This document shows, one piece after another, positions 38,915 through 49,238 of a DNA stretch of 64,000 bases. The DNA lies in the IMG/VR virus record IMGVR_UViG_3300031998_000003, positions 1 to 64,000 of that record; one strand, 5' to 3'. Under the pieces are notes generated by a model. The model was not told the DNA's origin, made no database searches, and was given only the letters and a program-made list of their open reading frames with translations. Source of the stretch: a virus (lineage: Duplodnaviria; Caudoviricetes). Each line of letters begins with the position of its first letter. Position 1 is the stretch's first letter. Both the position numbers and the translations under genes were made by a program.

Positions 38915-40093
38915 ATGGCCGATCAAATCAAATATAACTATCCCGTTGCACAATTGGATGAAATCATTCAAAAGATAAACGACGGGATTCAACCAATGAT
39001 GACACCGGATCTTGAAGCCGAAGTGCGTCTTCGTATACGTGAGCTGCAACATCAGATCGATGATGATGGTGATTGGGATGACGAATTTCAGGAAGCGATA
39101 TCTCAGCATAAGAAAGTTATGAACAAAATCGAAGATGAGCGTCGAAAGGCTCGATCGAGAAATGTCATTGAACTTGAGCTGACAGAAGAAGAGCTTTCAG
39201 AAATTCGCGATGGATGTTCCGTGATGTATGTCCGTAATGATCCGAATTCCAAGTATAACATATCCGAAGATAAGCTTGCATCGTCTGCGGAAGAAGCTGA
39301 AATTCGCAGACGTTTGGAATCTCTGGGTAAGGTGTATTATCATGCAGAAGATTTCAAGAATGCAATGAAAATCATCACGGATGCAATTGAATATTCATTG
39401 AAACATGAGTATCCGTGGATGAGTTATCAGGAGGCTGTCGAAGCCTTCAAAGCTGGACGTATTAAATATAGCTTCGGTGATCTCCCGACATTGTTCATCG
39501 GATTTGATAAACAGATTACGGATCCGAAAACACTTGCCGGCATTGTAAGTGGAGAAATAAAGTTGGTTGATGAAGATGAAGTTAAGCCGAAGAAGAAGAA
39601 ACGTAAGAAAGCTGAAGAGATGGAAGGTGTATATGTCGATATCGATATTATCGGTGATGCCGAGCATAAAATGTATGTCGATATGCATAACGCTGGCTGG
39701 GATACTCCGATCTCACTCATGCTAAAAGCTTCGTCTACGCTTTATAATAGATATGTCATGCCTCCATCTGCAACATGGTTTGGTGATAAGAAACCGCAGA
39801 AGCCGATCGAAATTGATTGGGCTGCTCCTGGCGCAGGTGAACAATATTATGACATGCTTCATGACATCAAGCATAATCAGACAAATGAAATTGTGGCCGC
39901 ATTACAGGATGCAAATGGTCGCCAGTTGAATCAAGTAATCGGTGATTCGTTACGGCAATTCCCTGTATTGTGGAAGGGTGGACCTGAACCTGAGAAGTTT
40001 GTTCTGTCGACCAGTCTCGAGGAGAATCAGCAGGCTGTTGCAATTGAACAGAATATCTTAAATCGTATCAGGCAAAACAACCCTAATTTATAA
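38915..40093 (+). CDS. Hypothetical protein
   Basis: RBS AAGGAGG; long ORF. Confidence 0.75.
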   Translation: MADQIKYNYPVAQLDEIIQKINDGIQPMMTPDLEAEVRLRIRELQHQIDDDGDWDDEFQEAISQHKKVMNKIEDERRKARSRNVIELELTEEELSEIRDGCSVMYVRNDPNSKYNISEDKLASSAEEAEIRRRLESLGKVYYHAEDFKNAMKIITDAIEYSLKHEYPWMSYQEAVEAFKAGRIKYSFGDLPTLFIGFDKQITDPKTLAGIVSGEIKLVDEDEVKPKKKKRKKAEEMEGVYVDIDIIGDAEHKMYVDMHNAGWDTPISLMLKASSTLYNRYVMPPSATWFGDKKPQKPIEIDWAAPGAGEQYYDMLHDIKHNQTNEIVAALQDANGRQLNQVIGDSLRQFPVLWKGGPEPEKFVLSTSLEENQQAVAIEQNILNRIRQNNPNL

Positions 40094-40097
40094 AATG

Positions 40098-40341
40098 CCG
40101 ACCCCACGTTCGAGTAGGTCGGGTGGTTCAGTCACCACGTCTTCAACAAACATACCTCGAACGTGACGCTCTTGGACTTAACTCCTTGGACAAGGGCACA
40201 TACCCGGGTGGGATCCCAACTCCTGCCCGGGAACTTGATATTTCCAGAACCCGTACTGAGTTTCGCGATCTCTCAGTATTGGGGCTTGCCATAGAATCGG
40301 GGGCGGTGACTGAACCACCGCCCCGACTCTTCTTTTTTTTT
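40098..40341 (+). ncRNA. Candidate structured ncRNA with pseudoknot and kissing-loop/alternative pairing, ending in an intrinsic terminator
   Basis: GC-rich intergenic stretch; stems listed in findings; G-U wobbles favour the + strand; terminator 40297-40326 plus U-tract. Confidence 0.65.
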
Positions 40342-40418
40342 ACCCTAAAATAAGCATAATACACGTATGCCTAGGGCTCTACAGAGCAGAGTCCGAATTT
40401 CTTCATCATTATAGAAAA

Positions 40419-40442
40419 GGGGTGGGGCTTTCGCCCCACCCT
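40419..40442 (-). terminator. Intrinsic terminator of the giant virion gene
   Basis: GGGTGGGGC-TTTC-GCCCCACCC with an A-rich left flank. Confidence 0.8.
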
Positions 40443-40451
40443 CCCTTTCTA

Positions 40452-43400
40452 TCATTTTATTTGAACTGGTGTTGTACCTGGAACTGTTGAGATGACCCAG
40501 AGATTTTCGAACTCCGGTGCAAGAATCACGTGTGTACCAGCACGAAGCATCGGCATGATACGAACAGTTGTTGTTGCATTCTGAATCTTTCCGGTTTTTG
40601 TTGTGGACAGATACAACGTAAACGGACGATCGAATGTTCCGGATGTGTAGATCTCGAAGTGATCATCGCGACGAATCACATGTAAGAATTGTGTTGCGTC
40701 AGACTGCGTCTTCAACTTTCCGTTATGTGTGATTGGAATCACACCATTCAGGATTTCCTTCTTCCATGTACGATCTAATATGTCGATCACTTGTTTGTTC
40801 GTTATTTCAATCAAGCCGAGGGTTTGTGTAGTTGCATGGAATATCGTTTGTCCATTGATGGTCGGAATATGATATAGCTCTTCATAGCTTGTCGGTTCTT
40901 CCTCATCAATTTGAACATATGATAGGATATCTGGTTCATAATCTCTGTTACCAGATGCACGTACATCTGATGCAAGATAATCGTCCAGATTTGTCTTGGT
41001 CGATTGATTGAATTGATACTTGATGGATTGATCAATGATATTTGCTTTGTATACAAGCATCGAATGATATGATCCATAAGTGTTTCCATTCAGATCAACA
41101 TACACAGGACCCTTTGGCATCAGTTCCGTATCTGAAATGTCATCCACCAGTTCGATGACTTCCAGATTGTGCAGTGATGTCATGTTTCTGAGTTGGAATG
41201 ACGTTGGTGAGAGGATAATGATATCCGGATCATCGACATATTTACCATTCACCCAGAACTCATATCTGTCACGAGTCAATGGTGTCGGAATATATCCGGT
41301 AAGATCGATGATACCATCCTGAGGAATGACATGTGATGCATAACGACACACGGAGATGTGATTCGAACGAATCGTGGACACATCTGTTGACGTTTCTGTA
41401 TCAATGACAAGTCTCTCCGAAGCACGATTCTTCAACACGTTTCCAATCGGATAGCGGACATCATGTTTCTTATCATAGTAATACGTGAATGGTGCATCCA
41501 ATGTATCACTCTTGATATCATCCGAACCATCCGAATCCAACACATACTGATTTTTCAGACGAACCTCTGAAATGTTCAGCACATCGAATGTTGGATCTTT
41601 TGGAACGAGAATGACCTGTTTGGGGATAATTTTGTATGCTACATCGCGGTGTTCCTGGTCGTGATACAGATTCACCCAATTTGTTGAACGATACTCTTCA
41701 ATGGGCTGAATCGCAAGTTCTGACACATTTAGTGTCAAGCCGCTTGCAGCCGATCCATCAACAACGACAGTCGAAATTGATTCACCAGACCAAGTTTGCG
41801 TAGCTTCGTAATCGATCGTCACCATAGCTCCATCAGGACCAAGTGGATATTCACCTGGGGTGTATCCGTCAGCAAACAAGTTCCTGACACCGAGCACGTG
41901 TCCTTCACCATCACTGATGGTTTTGAACACTTCTCTTGACAATGTAGAATCCTGAAGCATCAACCGAACATAGTTTTCACCGTATCCAGTACCGCTGTTT
42001 GCGGGAGAAGCGTTTCGTATCATGTATTTGATATCCACAAGAGGAGATGGCTGTTTGATTTCGGTTACGACAACAGATACCAAACCACCAGACATTGGTG
42101 ATGTTCCATCAGGTACAACAGTACATGTGAAGGTTCCCGTTACACCTATCGGAAGTGTTGAGGATGTGATCGTGATAACAGGATTACCTTCGTTCATAGC
42201 TGTGATACCTTCGAACATAATATTCGATGATACACCATTAAATCCTGAGACATCGTCGTTCTTAACTGATACCAGAAGAACATGGTGATTCTCTTCGAAA
42301 CCATCGATTGCAACAGGGATCGACACGTTGTAATCTTTATCAATATGATACATCGGGATCTCAACTGAATTCATTGGATTTCGTACGTAGATGTCAAAAT
42401 CTTCATAGGTCATTTCAGTACCGTTTGCAAGAATGCGCATATCGCAGAATCGAATTGGTGATCCATACTTATACTTTCCTGAACGATCAGGTCTGACAAG
42501 AAGAAAACCATTCTGTCTCGGAAAATCACTTGGTGTCGGGAATAGGTTAATCAAACGATAAGTCTCAGATTCATCGTAGTGCTTTCTTACACGGATTTTG
42601 CTGTAAAGATCTTGCGTTAAAGGTTCCTGATTTACATGCATAACCGGTTTAAACACAACCTTACATTCCATCGGACCTGGTTCGATTTCCGACCACGGAG
42701 TATTATTATCGTATACAAGATACACAAGGATCTTCTTTGAGTTAAACGTTGGGTCCGTGAATAGAATATTCAATGTACTCTTGACACGCGGTGACAGATA
42801 ATCATCGTAAACGTCATGCGCATTATCATATCCTATAACCGAATAGATGTAATCTCTTGGGGATAACCAACGTTTATTTTCCCAATCATATAGTCTAATC
42901 TGTGCTTGCCCGATAATAACATCTCGCAATGCAGTTTTTCGAACAGGAATCATCCGAGCACGACCATTATCGATGTATATCATTGCAGCATCGTATGAAT
43001 TCACATTATACCATTTCGTCGGAGTTTCCAGCTCTGTATTGTACAACTCCATGCGTTTGATAAATGCTTCCCAATATTCGATATCACGTTCAATGGCTTC
43101 GATGTGAAGTTTCAGCGCACGTTCTTTCTTTCTGTATTCACGTTGAATCTGTGTAACTGAATTAGCGGGGAGTATATATGGCGGATCGAAGTAGCTGGGA
43201 TATGCGCGTCCATCATTATATACCGACGGATTCTCTTCGTCTTGTACAACATGCTTCAGATATTTAATTTCGATAGAACCACTGGCGGTTGATGTCTGAT
43301 ACAGTGCTTCAATGTCAACAACCGCGTCGCTTTTAATACGGAAAACTGTCCACACACATTCCAAAGCCCATGATGGAACCGGTACGTCATTTTCCCAACA

Positions 43401-46400
43401 TGAACCCGGTTTAATGAAAACAGTATCACCAATCTCAGGCAACGTGTCGTCAGTATGTGACAATCTAACTCTGATTGGATCATAAAGCACCTCATCAACA
43501 ATCCATACGCGTTGACAGTCTTCGATCGAAATGTATTGATCACCAACCATTGTGCCAGGTTTGATCATAACCGTCGAGTCTTTTTCAAGCACCGGATGTA
43601 TCAGAAGATTAAGTTTTTCTTGTTGTGCAGCGAGTTCCTCTTTGAGTTCTGCAATTTTCAAGTTTGCATTGCCGATATTCTTTTGGAATGTAAGATGTTC
43701 TTGCTTCCAAACAGAATGATCGTCAGGCTCTTCTCGCAGAACAGGATACATTTCCGGAGTCGTGTAAGAATTGAAGTCATGATACAGCAAATTGATATTG
43801 GCCGAACGAGCTACATCATTAACAGCGACATCTCCGAGATACAAGAAATGATACATCGGGTTGATGGTTCCATCGATTCTGTTTGGAATCTCATCATGGA
43901 ACATCCAATTCAATCTGGTGTATACATACTCTGAATTATTCACGACATAAATCGGATCACCAGGAAGTGTGTACACATCATTCCACTCGGAAGGAATCTC
44001 GACTGTCGACGACATCTGTGGAATTGGATAATATGGTCCTTCATATTCCGTGTATTCATCCATGAAGTTCCGAATGTTATCATCAACAATCGTGCATGTG
44101 ATCGGTTCTGTCATATTGAGGTATTTTTGAATAACTGAGATGTCTGATGTGCGGAACCATGGTGCATTAAACTCATCAACCTTTGCTTCAACAAAGCCAT
44201 GTTCTGTCGAATGATCTACTGCGGTAATGATCAACGGAAATACACACAATCCATCATCGGTACATGCGTATATCGTTTGTCCCTCAAAGTAACCACTACC
44301 GAGGGAATTCATATACCCGTTTTCAATATCGAGATGCATCACTTGACATGGTTTAAAGAACCATGTTGTTTGTGGTCTTCCACCCATATCAGTTGTTACA
44401 TAACGATTCAGTTGGTCACACTTTAGGAACAGTTTGTCATGTGGACCGGAATGTGCATTTACAACAAACTCTGAATCAGAATCCAATGGTGCAAACTTAT
44501 TTCCGGCAAGAAGTTCATAGTGAAGCTTTGCGTGCTTATCATTCAGGATTGATCCATCCGGGAGAACATCGAATGTCTCATGAATATTCTGAACTTCAAG
44601 TGGAATGGTTTGGCAACCAATGTATTGTTCGAACTGATTCATGATATCTGAAGATGTTGACACCTTCTTGAATCTGATCACGAGTCCTGTGTCAATGACG
44701 TTATTCGCTTCAGAACCGTCCTTGAAATAGAATTTCATCGTAACCGTAGTTCCATCAACTGTCAAATCATTTCCATTAAAGAACGCATAATTGCACACAG
44801 GATGCAGCGTAACGATATCACCATTGTCGTAGATCGGTCTGAATATCAATGTGACATTGGTTGAGGGAATCGCTTGCTGAGATGGGACAACAACATGCGG
44901 ATCTGTTTTCGGAATTGTCAATACTGCAAATGTTGGAGTCTCAGCACCAACGTCGACAGATCCGAAATACAACGGAAGCTCCATGTCATCGATAGCATAC
45001 ATGTCAAACATGAAGTTGTTGATTAACGTATCGAAGTATGTTTTGATCAATGGGATGAATTCATTCCACCATGCATCAAACTCGTACAGTGTTTTCAGAG
45101 TCTGTACGGTTTGTGACAATGCTGTTGGCAAATTCGGATTGAAAACACACTGTTTGAGTTCATTCAAAACAATTGCGAATTTGAAACGTTCAGTGTCATC
45201 TTTCAGGATTGGTGAAGTCATATTTGGTATCAGCATTCCATCAAAGGTGAATGTAGGACTGTTGCCTTGATCGAAGTTCCGAAGTGTTTGTGCCCAGTTA
45301 CCAGCGACTTTCAAAGACATTGGTTCATCAATGTCCTTCAAATGGATATAGACAGCTCTTGCATATCGAGTTCTGTCATAGTCATATCCGATGTTTTTAT
45401 GAACATACTGAATTTCTGTTAAAGCGTCTTGTGCATATTTCTCAAGTGGAATTGAACTCGATGAAACTTTACGAGCCGCATCAATCACATTTTTGATGTC
45501 TGTGAACAATTTCATCAGACCTGTCGAAGATGTTTTCTTAAACCAGTTGATGAACAGTTGTTCGGTTCCGATTGTTGAGAGGGTATTCAGCATCTTGAAT
45601 TGCATATCACCATTGTTGATATAGCTTTCAATTCTATCAGACCATTTTTCAATAATCTGAATCGCGGAATTAACCGCAAATGTCTGATCCCAAGTGATCT
45701 TATAATTCGTCTGAATGTGACTGATAATACCAGCCAACTCCGAAATGCACAATGACATCATCGAAGCTACCTGTGGATCATCGTAATAATGAATGTGTTC
45801 AATGCCATTTGTCGTAAGGTTCACAAATGAAACATAGTAATCCTTGTCAATGCCGGTATCAGAAACTAACGGAAGCGGGATGCCATCATAATATTGATTG
45901 AACATGTAGAGATATTCATTATCCGATGTCATGTGATGGATGTTATGTGCTCCATCTAATACATACGGAAATCCATTATACACAGCGAAGTCATTTCCGT
46001 CAGGGAAGACTGATATATTCTGGTCACCTGTTGAGAATATTGATGGTCCCTTTGTGATAACCGAATAATTGATGCGCTCGCTTGAGAGCTGTGGATCGAT
46101 TTTGTCAACGGTTAAATCAGCATAACGAGGATGGAACTGTCGACCTGTCAATTGTCTTAGGAAGTATGCTTGCAGTTGATCTTTGTTGTCATAAAGCTGA
46201 GAAACTGTATAGAACATGAAATTCAATGCGAATGGTGCACGGATCTCATATTCCCCAGCACCGACATTGTCGGATGAAACATTTGACATTTCATAGTTGA
46301 TGATAGAAGGATATTCCTCCAGCCAATCGCTGTCCATCTTATGATCCAGAATTCTTGACAGGATTGAAATTTGCGTTTTCACGTCATTCATCCCATACAT

Positions 46401-48413
46401 CATCTTTGAAAGTTTCATCAGACGTGATTCAACATTCCAATATTTAATGTATCCGAGATGTTCCTCCACTTCATCCATGAACTTATCAAAATCCATCAGC
46501 TGATTATCATCGAAATATCCAATGGTCTTTTCAGCAGTATTTTCCGTATCAGTATACAGAATCAGGAACTTAAAGGTTCGACCACTTTCTTTCTTATCCC
46601 GAATATAGAAAGTATTCGAAATACCTTTGAAATGATTGATTGCCGGACATGTGAACTTCCAGCATGCTTCATCGCTATCGTATCGAAATGCAATGAAGCA
46701 TTGTTCAGATATTGGTCGATTGATGCGATCTTTCAACATCGTATCTCTGGATCGATCGCTGTGATAACGCTCGGATGCATATGGATCAAAGAAGAATCCG
46801 ACACCCGGGTTACCGCCTAATGCAGCTTTGAGTCTAACGATAGTAGGCTCACTCTTAAAGGGTGCTGTAACAACATTGACAAAGTTGCTGCGATATACAT
46901 CTGGATTTGCAGTGATCAATTGCGGGAAGCTGTTGCAAATATCATTGTAGATAGCTTCATTGTACATAGCTGGTGCAGCCATAATCTTTTCGTGATATTC
47001 GCTCAATTGCTCCATAAAGTCATCGAACGCATTCTTTGACGCATTGTCGACAAAATTTGTCGTAATACATATATTCAGATATTGAGCATAAATGCTTGCA
47101 ATCTTATAGTATGCATTATCAGCAGCTTCCTTCGCTTTATCGATCATTGTAGCATATGTATCACTGTACAATTGAAAATAGGTATCGAACATTTTCTCAA
47201 AATCAGACCACAGCGCATTCAAGTTGTCTTCCATATATATTGCATCGATGAAAGGAGCCATGAGTTTGTCATCAGTTCGATCAACAGAAATTGGTGGAGT
47301 ACAGTCATTTCCAGATGAATCATTTGCCACATTGTATTCCGTGACGATATAATTTCCGTCTGGATTCGTGATGTGATTGTATTTGCCGTCATAGATATGC
47401 TTTCTTGCAATAACACTGTAGAAGTTGATCATCGGATATAAATCAGGAATCTCGAATAGATATTTTAGTGCATATATCCTGAAACGAACAGTGTTAGAAC
47501 CACCAGCGTCCATATCAGTTTTGATGCGTTCTTGAACAAATGTTACATCAAGTCCATTTGATTTCATGATACCGAAGTTTGGTGTCATTTTCACAGAATT
47601 CTTGACGGAGTTATCACATAGATGGAAAATGCATCTAGAACCAAAAAGTTCAGGATGGTCACCCAGCTTGAGCCATGACATACTGAGGTACTTTGTTTCC
47701 ATCATTGATGTGATTTCTTCTTTTGGTATATCGACATCTGCGACAAATGTATTATCGAGTTTATAGATTATGAAATCAGCCTTGTCGACATATGTCCATC
47801 CAATTTTGAACTTGAAACCCTTCTCGTCAATTGCAACCTTCCAGTCATTCGTGATAAAACCATTGACTGTGCAGAGTAACGTGAATCCAAGAATGTCAGA
47901 AATGTAACTCGACAAGAATCTGTCTGAATCCATGAAATAACCGTTTTCAGTTTCATGGAATTCATGGAGCCGTTGACGAACAAACTCGTCTCTATCTCCA
48001 AAATGCAACTGATTGAATGGTACATCGATGATATAGTAATGATCCGTTGCACCATGGAATACATGTTTTTTATCAGACGAAGAATAATGTGCAATAACCG
48101 CATGTGTATTCACAACCATGGAACTCATCGCATTCTGGAGAGACATCTTATATGTCTTGATCAGAGACTGATCCATGTCTTCGAATGTATAATTGGATTT
48201 CTCCAGCAAGTCCATTAGACGTTTGAACGCCGTGTAGTTACCGACGACATTATACGGCTGATACTTGATCAGTTCAGAGTTCAGCCCAATCAACGTTTCT
48301 AGACGTTTGTTCATCGTAACCCATTTGGTGTCGTTGTATGTCGTAACACCATCGCGGGTTCCCGTCAGATAATGATGGGACTTTAGAAACCAATCATGAT
48401 AGTTGATTTGCAT
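40452..48413 (-). CDS. Giant virion structural protein (2653 aa; baseplate/tail-associated) with inserted SH3-like modules
   Basis: Uninterrupted ORF, RBS AAAGGAG, late-type promoter; C-terminal EFWVNG motif; SH3-like insert at ~43250-43590. Confidence 0.7.
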   Translation of the reverse strand: MQINYHDWFLKSHHYLTGTRDGVTTYNDTKWVTMNKRLETLIGLNSELIKYQPYNVVGNYTAFKRLMDLLEKSNYTFEDMDQSLIKTYKMSLQNAMSSMVVNTHAVIAHYSSSDKKHVFHGATDHYYIIDVPFNQLHFGDRDEFVRQRLHEFHETENGYFMDSDRFLSSYISDILGFTLLCTVNGFITNDWKVAIDEKGFKFKIGWTYVDKADFIIYKLDNTFVADVDIPKEEITSMMETKYLSMSWLKLGDHPELFGSRCIFHLCDNSVKNSVKMTPNFGIMKSNGLDVTFVQERIKTDMDAGGSNTVRFRIYALKYLFEIPDLYPMINFYSVIARKHIYDGKYNHITNPDGNYIVTEYNVANDSSGNDCTPPISVDRTDDKLMAPFIDAIYMEDNLNALWSDFEKMFDTYFQLYSDTYATMIDKAKEAADNAYYKIASIYAQYLNICITTNFVDNASKNAFDDFMEQLSEYHEKIMAAPAMYNEAIYNDICNSFPQLITANPDVYRSNFVNVVTAPFKSEPTIVRLKAALGGNPGVGFFFDPYASERYHSDRSRDTMLKDRINRPISEQCFIAFRYDSDEACWKFTCPAINHFKGISNTFYIRDKKESGRTFKFLILYTDTENTAEKTIGYFDDNQLMDFDKFMDEVEEHLGYIKYWNVESRLMKLSKMMYGMNDVKTQISILSRILDHKMDSDWLEEYPSIINYEMSNVSSDNVGAGEYEIRAPFALNFMFYTVSQLYDNKDQLQAYFLRQLTGRQFHPRYADLTVDKIDPQLSSERINYSVITKGPSIFSTGDQNISVFPDGNDFAVYNGFPYVLDGAHNIHHMTSDNEYLYMFNQYYDGIPLPLVSDTGIDKDYYVSFVNLTTNGIEHIHYYDDPQVASMMSLCISELAGIISHIQTNYKITWDQTFAVNSAIQIIEKWSDRIESYINNGDMQFKMLNTLSTIGTEQLFINWFKKTSSTGLMKLFTDIKNVIDAARKVSSSSIPLEKYAQDALTEIQYVHKNIGYDYDRTRYARAVYIHLKDIDEPMSLKVAGNWAQTLRNFDQGNSPTFTFDGMLIPNMTSPILKDDTERFKFAIVLNELKQCVFNPNLPTALSQTVQTLKTLYEFDAWWNEFIPLIKTYFDTLINNFMFDMYAIDDMELPLYFGSVDVGAETPTFAVLTIPKTDPHVVVPSQQAIPSTNVTLIFRPIYDNGDIVTLHPVCNYAFFNGNDLTVDGTTVTMKFYFKDGSEANNVIDTGLVIRFKKVSTSSDIMNQFEQYIGCQTIPLEVQNIHETFDVLPDGSILNDKHAKLHYELLAGNKFAPLDSDSEFVVNAHSGPHDKLFLKCDQLNRYVTTDMGGRPQTTWFFKPCQVMHLDIENGYMNSLGSGYFEGQTIYACTDDGLCVFPLIITAVDHSTEHGFVEAKVDEFNAPWFRTSDISVIQKYLNMTEPITCTIVDDNIRNFMDEYTEYEGPYYPIPQMSSTVEIPSEWNDVYTLPGDPIYVVNNSEYVYTRLNWMFHDEIPNRIDGTINPMYHFLYLGDVAVNDVARSANINLLYHDFNSYTTPEMYPVLREEPDDHSVWKQEHLTFQKNIGNANLKIAELKEELAAQQEKLNLLIHPVLEKDSTVMIKPGTMVGDQYISIEDCQRVWIVDEVLYDPIRVRLSHTDDTLPEIGDTVFIKPGSCWENDVPVPSWALECVWTVFRIKSDAVVDIEALYQTSTASGSIEIKYLKHVVQDEENPSVYNDGRAYPSYFDPPYILPANSVTQIQREYRKKERALKLHIEAIERDIEYWEAFIKRMELYNTELETPTKWYNVNSYDAAMIYIDNGRARMIPVRKTALRDVIIGQAQIRLYDWENKRWLSPRDYIYSVIGYDNAHDVYDDYLSPRVKSTLNILFTDPTFNSKKILVYLVYDNNTPWSEIEPGPMECKVVFKPVMHVNQEPLTQDLYSKIRVRKHYDESETYRLINLFPTPSDFPRQNGFLLVRPDRSGKYKYGSPIRFCDMRILANGTEMTYEDFDIYVRNPMNSVEIPMYHIDKDYNVSIPVAIDGFEENHHVLLVSVKNDDVSGFNGVSSNIMFEGITAMNEGNPVITITSSTLPIGVTGTFTCTVVPDGTSPMSGGLVSVVVTEIKQPSPLVDIKYMIRNASPANSGTGYGENYVRLMLQDSTLSREVFKTISDGEGHVLGVRNLFADGYTPGEYPLGPDGAMVTIDYEATQTWSGESISTVVVDGSAASGLTLNVSELAIQPIEEYRSTNWVNLYHDQEHRDVAYKIIPKQVILVPKDPTFDVLNISEVRLKNQYVLDSDGSDDIKSDTLDAPFTYYYDKKHDVRYPIGNVLKNRASERLVIDTETSTDVSTIRSNHISVCRYASHVIPQDGIIDLTGYIPTPLTRDRYEFWVNGKYVDDPDIIILSPTSFQLRNMTSLHNLEVIELVDDISDTELMPKGPVYVDLNGNTYGSYHSMLVYKANIIDQSIKYQFNQSTKTNLDDYLASDVRASGNRDYEPDILSYVQIDEEEPTSYEELYHIPTINGQTIFHATTQTLGLIEITNKQVIDILDRTWKKEILNGVIPITHNGKLKTQSDATQFLHVIRRDDHFEIYTSGTFDRPFTLYLSTTKTGKIQNATTTVRIMPMLRAGTHVILAPEFENLWVISTVPGTTPVQIK

Positions 48414-48437
48414 ATAATCTTCTCCTTTCGTAAGAGA

Positions 48438-48451
48438 TTACAGAACCGTTT
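48438..48451 (-). promoter_or_regulatory. Late-type promoter AAAC-N7-TAA
   Basis: AAAC GGTTCTG TAA. Confidence 0.65.
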
Positions 48452-48461
48452 CTTACGATTT

Positions 48462-48497
48462 TTTCAGAATCCTATCTATATATTATTAATGTGAATA
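48462..48497 (+). promoter_or_regulatory. Early-type promoter (ATATATTATT core at 48478-48487)
   Basis: Near-identical over 36 nt to the - strand site at 8645-8680. Confidence 0.7.
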
Positions 48498-48612
48498 GAG
48501 ATAAAGCATTTCACCCCAATGCAATCTTCTATTCCGGGTATCAAATTTTGTATGCTGCCTGACGATGATGGTACCGGCTACCGATAAAGATCGGAGAACA
48601 CGGAGGCTTATT

Positions 48613-49230
48613 ATGACTACCACCACAAATTCTTTCATGGAAAAACTGCAGCAAATGATGACAGAGCGGAACATCAGCACCGCTGCGACCTTCAACACAA
48701 CAGCTCGCAACATCAATCCCGAGACCCCAACATTCGGGGTCACTTCCATCCTGGATGATGGCACCATCACAATGACTGCCGTCGACGACGAGTTTGGTCA
48801 GTACTTCGAAGAAATGAATAAGAAGTATTTGATCAACTGTAACGTCATATCCATGTGCATGCTGTATATGGATAGAAAGACCCATCAGGGTGCAAAGCGG
48901 CGCATTCTGGCAGCCATGGGTCTTTTCAGCGATGTTCCTACCACAGGTTATTTCGGTAGGAAACATGACAACTCTCGCACCCATCAGAAATTCCTGTCAA
49001 ATTATACGAATGGCATCCGTGACAGCAGATTTGCAGGAAAAATGCTTACCGATGCGGAATGGGATCTCCGTCACGCTCGTAATGATGGTGAGCGTGCAAA
49101 AGCAGCGTGGGAGTGTGTATTCTGGAAATGGATCCAGCAGCATGGCGACATGGAGCCCCAGCTGGACATCATCTCTGATGCACGGGCTCAGCACATCATC
49201 GACAATTGGAAAATACTGATATCACATTGA
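48613..49230 (+). CDS. Hypothetical protein (early-type)
   Basis: RBS GGAGG then MTTTTNS. Confidence 0.7.
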   Translation: MTTTTNSFMEKLQQMMTERNISTAATFNTTARNINPETPTFGVTSILDDGTITMTAVDDEFGQYFEEMNKKYLINCNVISMCMLYMDRKTHQGAKRRILAAMGLFSDVPTTGYFGRKHDNSRTHQKFLSNYTNGIRDSRFAGKMLTDAEWDLRHARNDGERAKAAWECVFWKWIQQHGDMEPQLDIISDARAQHIIDNWKILISH

Positions 49231-49238
49231 GGAGGATA

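Noticed and set aside
40123-40364. Short ORFs on both strands over the 40.1-kb element
   Set aside because: No RBS and atypical composition; better explained as by-products of a GC-rich structured RNA.
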